Shown here: in pieces, positions 59,746-64,000 of the stretch | How positions within the stretch are numbered: the stretch's first letter is position 1 | Layout: every line of letters begins with the position of its first letter | Made by a program: the position numbers and the translations under genes | Origin: Methanobacteriota archaeon | GTDB taxonomy: Archaea > Thermoplasmatota > Thermoplasmata > RBG-16-68-12 > JAJISG01 | Length of the DNA: 64,000 nucleotides | Direction: 5' to 3' | Assembly (NCBI GenBank): GCA_030594205.1 | Contig: JAUVFR010000006.1 | Span: 629-64,628, forward strand | The notes under the pieces: generated by a model | What the model was told of the DNA's origin: nothing | The model's database searches: none | The model's input: the letters and a program-made list of their open reading frames with translations, nothing else

Positions 59746-62634
59746 CTACTCCACGTATATGGCCGGTCTCCCGGGGAATGCCTGACTGGCCTTCGAGAGG
59801 GGGTCGTCGATGTCCAGGTCCCCCTCCTCATATACCATGACCTCGGCGCCCAGCTCGGACTGGGTGAAGGGAATCGCCCTCCGCAGCAAGCTCTCCTCGT
59901 CCATGGTCCAATCGTAGGACTCCAGCCGCTTTGGACCGCGCTTCTCCTGACTCGAAACCAGCTGCTTGGCGAAGTAAGGAAGGGCGGCCCCGTGGTCAGC
60001 CACTTCCGATTCCTTCCTCGCTTCCTTGATGAGGTTGCCCGCGTCAAGCCTCCCTTCGCCATGAAGCCGGGCCGCTACTCTATGGACGGTCCGCTTCCAA
60101 GGCGGCGCTGTGTAGAAGATAATCCGCTTAGCGACAATGTGGGTGGCCTTGAGGATCTGTCGCACATCGTCCAAGACGTCTTTCAGATACTCCTCCATGG
60201 CCTCCGCTTTAGGATCGACCGCATCGTCGGAGGCCTCTGGGTACGGCGCGTGCTGGATCAGTCCCTCCTTGCCCAGGGCTACCCAGATCTCCTCCGCGAC
60301 GTGCGGGGCATACGGGGCGAGAAGCTTGGCCTGGACCTCTTGAAATTCATCCCAAAGTGTCCCGTTTGGCACTCCGCCAACTCGTCGGAGGTACCAACTC
60401 CATTCCCGTTGCAGATCGAAATAGGCGTGTTTCAGGGCGGTGCGATGGCTCAGGCTCTCCATAGCCTCGGTGGTCTCTTGGATGGCTCGATGTAGGACAG
60501 ATCGGAACCAGCGATCCACGGGTCGGCCCTCCTCGGTCGGCTCGGGTTTCGTGGCGGCCGCCTCGTAGAGCCCCGCGAGGCGCCTTCCCACCGACTCCGC
60601 GAACTCCGTGTCGAAACTGGCGTCATCGAGGCCTTCTCCCCCCTGGGCCAGGCCCAGCCGAGTGGCGTCCGCGCCCCATTCCCGGATGGCATCACGTAGG
60701 AAAAGGGCCCCCGCGCGGGACTTCGACATGCGCCGACCGGGGACAGAGATCCAGCCGTTGACACCGAGCGCCCGCGGCCAGAGATCTGGGGGGAAGATCG
60801 CGACGTGGTTGAACAGCAGGAATGCGAAGTGGTTGGAGACCAGGTCCTTCCCCGAGTTGCGGAGATCAAAGGGATACCAGTAGGCAAACTCCCGCTGCAT
60901 ATCCTCCACGAGGTCCAGGGAAATCCCCGTGACGTCAGCGACCTCCTTCGCATCCCCTTCACCCAGGAAGACATAGTTGAAGAGCTCGTCCCGGAGCTGC
61001 TGGGGATCCACCTTCCCGCTCTGGAGGATGTGGGCAATCGTGTAGTAGGCCATGTAGATGGTGGAGTCCGAGAGGGACTCGATGACCCAACTCTCGTCCC
61101 AGGGGAGCCGCGTACCGAGCCCCTGGTGGTGCGTGCAGGCCCAATCCCGGAGCCAGTCGATGACGTGATGGAGTTGTTTCCGAATGGCCTCGGGGTAGAG
61201 GGTCAAGTCCTCCAAGACCTCGTGAACCTTGGCCTTCCACGTCGGTTCGCCGTAGACTAGGAACCACTGGTCCTCCACTACCTTCACGACGGCCGGGGTG
61301 AGGCACCGACACACCACGGGCCCGCTGGGCTCAAAGAGGATGTCCGCGTCTCCGTCGGCCAGCATCTGGGCCTTCACCTTCTCCTTGGCCTCCTCCACCT
61401 TCAGGCCGGCGAAGGCTCCGGCACGGTTGTTCATGACACCATTGTAGAACTCGGCCCGGTACACCTCCTCCTTCGCTCGTTGGAGACGATCCGTCTCGTC
61501 AGAGCTCTTGATGCCCATCCGTTCGACGACCTCCAGAGCGGGCGTGGGACCGAACCCCTCTAGGTCGATGATGGGGATGGGCTCCAACGATTGGACAAAG
61601 GGCACATCCATGTGGTACTTCTCCAGGGTCTCCTCGTCCTCCTGGAGCTCCCGGAGGGCCACCCAATCGTCCGGAGCGTCGGCCGGTACGCTGCTCACGA
61701 TGCCCGTCCCGATGCTGTGGTCGATGAAGCGCGTCGGCAGGATCGGAATGGGGTCGCCCACGAGGGGGGAGACGGCGCTCTGGCCCAGGAGGTGGTGACC
61801 CTCCACCGTCCCAAGGACCTGGATGTCCTTCCCTTGCTCTCGGAGCTTCCTGACCGCCCCCTCGTTCACGATCCATCGTTCGTCGCCGACCTGGGCGTCC
61901 ACATACTCGGCGTCCGGATCCACCCAGACGTTTGTCGTACCAAAGATGGTCTCGGGGCGTAGGGTGGCAGCCAGGAGGAATCGCTGCATGAGGCGGAACT
62001 TCATGAGTACGAACTCCTGGGGGACCTCCCCCTCCCCTTCGAACCGATCATGGTCCCCGATGGGAATCTCGTCGCGGGGACACCAGATTACGGGATGTTT
62101 CCCCAACCGTATGTAGTCCCCCTTACGAAGCCGGCGGAACTGCCACCGAACGAATGCGTCGTAGGGCGGGTTCTGGTCCGTCGTGATGAAGCTCCGGGAC
62201 CAATCAAGCCCGGCTCCAAAGGCGACGAGGTCCTTCTTCGTCTCCTCCGGAAAGACCTGGATCCAATGGAGGGGATCGGCGAAGGCCGGAATCTCCTCCT
62301 CGGCAATCCCGTTGCTGCGGAGAATCTCGATCTGCTCCTCGTCTCCGTCGGCGACCCGCTTCGCGGCCCCCAGGATGGGGAGACCCGTGACGTGGAACGC
62401 CTGCGGGAACAGGACGTTGTAGCCCCGCATCCGCTTGTAGCGGGCCATGATGTCGGCGTGGAGAAAGGTGTAGCCGAACCCGAGGTGCTGGAGGCTGTTG
62501 GTGTAGGGGTACGGGACATTCACGAAGTACTTTGGTCGCGTCTCATCGGCCCGGGCTTCGAAGACCTTGGCCTTCGCCCATCGTTCCTGCCAGCGCGCCT
62601 CTGCCGTGCGCCTGTCATACCCCTGGCCAGGCAT
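59746..62634 (-). CDS. leuS: Leucine--tRNA ligase (archaeal type; HLGF and RMSKS variant motifs)
   Basis: PYPY.N, DW.RSF.T, TLRPET, IESLSDSTIY, SGKDL..NH, C-terminal P.RPAIY. Confidence 0.93.
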   Translation of the reverse strand: MPGQGYDRRTAEARWQERWAKAKVFEARADETRPKYFVNVPYPYTNSLQHLGFGYTFLHADIMARYKRMRGYNVLFPQAFHVTGLPILGAAKRVADGDEEQIEILRSNGIAEEEIPAFADPLHWIQVFPEETKKDLVAFGAGLDWSRSFITTDQNPPYDAFVRWQFRRLRKGDYIRLGKHPVIWCPRDEIPIGDHDRFEGEGEVPQEFVLMKFRLMQRFLLAATLRPETIFGTTNVWVDPDAEYVDAQVGDERWIVNEGAVRKLREQGKDIQVLGTVEGHHLLGQSAVSPLVGDPIPILPTRFIDHSIGTGIVSSVPADAPDDWVALRELQEDEETLEKYHMDVPFVQSLEPIPIIDLEGFGPTPALEVVERMGIKSSDETDRLQRAKEEVYRAEFYNGVMNNRAGAFAGLKVEEAKEKVKAQMLADGDADILFEPSGPVVCRCLTPAVVKVVEDQWFLVYGEPTWKAKVHEVLEDLTLYPEAIRKQLHHVIDWLRDWACTHHQGLGTRLPWDESWVIESLSDSTIYMAYYTIAHILQSGKVDPQQLRDELFNYVFLGEGDAKEVADVTGISLDLVEDMQREFAYWYPFDLRNSGKDLVSNHFAFLLFNHVAIFPPDLWPRALGVNGWISVPGRRMSKSRAGALFLRDAIREWGADATRLGLAQGGEGLDDASFDTEFAESVGRRLAGLYEAAATKPEPTEEGRPVDRWFRSVLHRAIQETTEAMESLSHRTALKHAYFDLQREWSWYLRRVGGVPNGTLWDEFQEVQAKLLAPYAPHVAEEIWVALGKEGLIQHAPYPEASDDAVDPKAEAMEEYLKDVLDDVRQILKATHIVAKRIIFYTAPPWKRTVHRVAARLHGEGRLDAGNLIKEARKESEVADHGAALPYFAKQLVSSQEKRGPKRLESYDWTMDEESLLRRAIPFTQSELGAEVMVYEEGDLDIDDPLSKASQAFPGRPAIYVE

Positions 62635-62709
62635 CCGCGCTGCCTAGGCGCAAGGTTTCTTAAACCCTTTTCCGCAGGCCCCTCCAGAGGAAATCAATGT
62701 CCGACTGAA

Positions 62710-62788
62710 TATGACATCTGTCATAATCGTTATATAGGGACCTCCGAATGCCTGGCGGACTAGCGTCCCGGATATGACCTGTGTCATA
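62710..62788 (+). promoter_or_regulatory. Promoter with two TATGAC-N4-GTCATA palindromes flanking TATA TTATATAG
   Basis: 62710-62725 TATGACATCTGTCATA; 62773-62788 TATGACCTGTGTCATA; TATA 62730-62737. Confidence 0.75.
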
Positions 62789-62811
62789 CCGGAAACCGAG
62801 GTCTGTGCGCC

Positions 62812-63177
62812 ATGGAGACAAGCGAGCGAATTACGATCCGCCTCGACCGGGAGATCCTGGCCCGCATGGATGCACTCCTGAGAACCAGGACCGGGTATGC
62901 GAGCCGCTCCCAGTTATGCCGCGCCGCCATGCGACAACTCCTAGAATCCCTCGAAGGGCGTAGCACGCGTGTGACGGCCGAGATTCCCTCTTCCTACCTC
63001 GACTTCTTGGACGCCCTCATCCAAAACGGTTACTTTCTGAGCCGGGAGCACGCGGCCCAGCGGCTCATTGAGGAGGGACTCTCCCGGGAACGGGTGAAGG
63101 GCATCCTCGCACACCAGGAATCCATGGGACGCGCCTCCGGGAAGATCTTTCCCGTGGAGCTGAAGAAAGACGGGTAG
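62812..63177 (+). CDS. Tandem ribbon-helix-helix regulator (CdrS-like)
   Basis: ERITIRL....L..MD.L.....Y.SRS...R.A plus a second RHH-like unit; directly upstream of an ftsZ-like gene. Confidence 0.8.
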   Translation: METSERITIRLDREILARMDALLRTRTGYASRSQLCRAAMRQLLESLEGRSTRVTAEIPSSYLDFLDALIQNGYFLSREHAAQRLIEEGLSRERVKGILAHQESMGRASGKIFPVELKKDG

Positions 63178-63318
63178 GGGTTTACACTGCAGGACGTGTG
63201 GGCGAACAGGGGAGGCCTGTCGGCGGCAAGCGAAGAGGGCCGTGCCGTAGGCACTGTCAGAAGGGATGGGATGCACCACAGCACCCTCCCCTGTCCCCAC
63301 CGACCCTAGGAATCCGCC

Positions 63319-64000
63319 ATGCTCGATCGAGAGACGGCTCAGGAAATCCTGAACCAGCTCCCGGGCGACCTGGAGGAACCCCGTATCCTTCTTGTGGGCG
63401 TGGGAGGCGCGGGCATCAACATGCTTCGGACTGTCGACGCCGGGGCTGGGCTCGAGTTGGTGGCCATGGACACGGATGACTACGCGCTAGCCCTGTCAGG
63501 TATCCCGGACCAACTCTACCTTCGCACGCCAGGAGACGGCGGGACGGGAGGGGACCCGGGACTAGGCAGAGCATCGGCATTGAGCCACCGAGATGAAATC
63601 CAGGAGCTCTTAGAAGGAGACATCCTCTGCCTCATGACGGGCCTCGGCCGGGGGACCGGGACGGGCGTTGCCCCCGTGGTCGCCGAACTGGCCCGGGACC
63701 GAGGTCTTCCCGTCCTCGCGTTCCTCGCATGGCCGTTCCGACGGGAAGACCTTGCCCAAACGGCAGGCAAGGGGCTTCACGCCCTTCGGGCCTTCGCCGA
63801 TGGGCTTCTTGTTCTCGACAATGAGGCCGCGAGGGAACTCCCTGGGATCGAAGCACGGAGCGACGCGGCCCAGCGCGTGAATGAGATGTTTGGGCAGGTC
63901 CTGTTGGACCTTGGCGACCGCGTTCATGGCGCCTTTCCCTTCAGTGTCCGTGAAGAGATGGCCGATTTCCTCGCCAGTCTTCCTAGGGGAGATGCGAACT
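63319..64000 (+). CDS. Divergent FtsZ/tubulin-family protein (3' end off window)
   Basis: Hand translation: RILLVGVGGAGINM, MDTD, GTGGDPGLG, GLGRGTGTG..PVVA, PFRRE, LDNE. Confidence 0.85.
   Translation, partial: MLDRETAQEILNQLPGDLEEPRILLVGVGGAGINMLRTVDAGAGLELVAMDTDDYALALSGIPDQLYLRTPGDGGTGGDPGLGRASALSHRDEIQELLEGDILCLMTGLGRGTGTGVAPVVAELARDRGLPVLAFLAWPFRREDLAQTAGKGLHALRAFADGLLVLDNEAARELPGIEARSDAAQRVNEMFGQVLLDLGDRVHGAFPFSVREEMADFLASLPRGDAN

Overview
GC-rich archaeal chromosome segment, most consistent with Thermoplasmatota (inferred from the unlinked 23S gene, membrane-anchored LonB and gene content). Bases 1-13740 carry the canonical L3-to-secY (S10/spc) ribosomal protein superoperon on the minus strand. 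The rest is mostly housekeeping: LonB, NadM, hydantoinase/oxoprolinase A/B, a PKD surface protein, RecJ/GAN, AlaRS, Trm11, DnaG, GINS, a standalone 23S rRNA, NreA, XPF, Trm1, a GPN GTPase, tRNA-Lys, LeuRS, an RHH regulator and an FtsZ-like gene. The strongest candidate for an undescribed system is five Rab-like small GTPases in two clusters, plus a membrane-anchored longin/roadblock-like protein. Their six promoters share a GATAR element (in the best copies a GTTATC-N6-GATAAC-like palindrome) 18-19 nt upstream of the TATA box. Other notable items: a 272-nt ORF-less group I intron at about L1931 of the 23S rRNA; tRNA-Lys(CUU) with two introns (37/38 and 59/60); the same SAP-like domain fused to both uL4 and eL32; a structured leader before rpl3; a divergent FtsZ paralogue behind an RHH gene with twin palindromic operators; a protease-less Zn-ribbon Lon-like ATPase with a probable AUC start; and a trpB2 pseudogene opposite a TrpY-like regulator. 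All calls come from motif recognition by eye; no searches were run.
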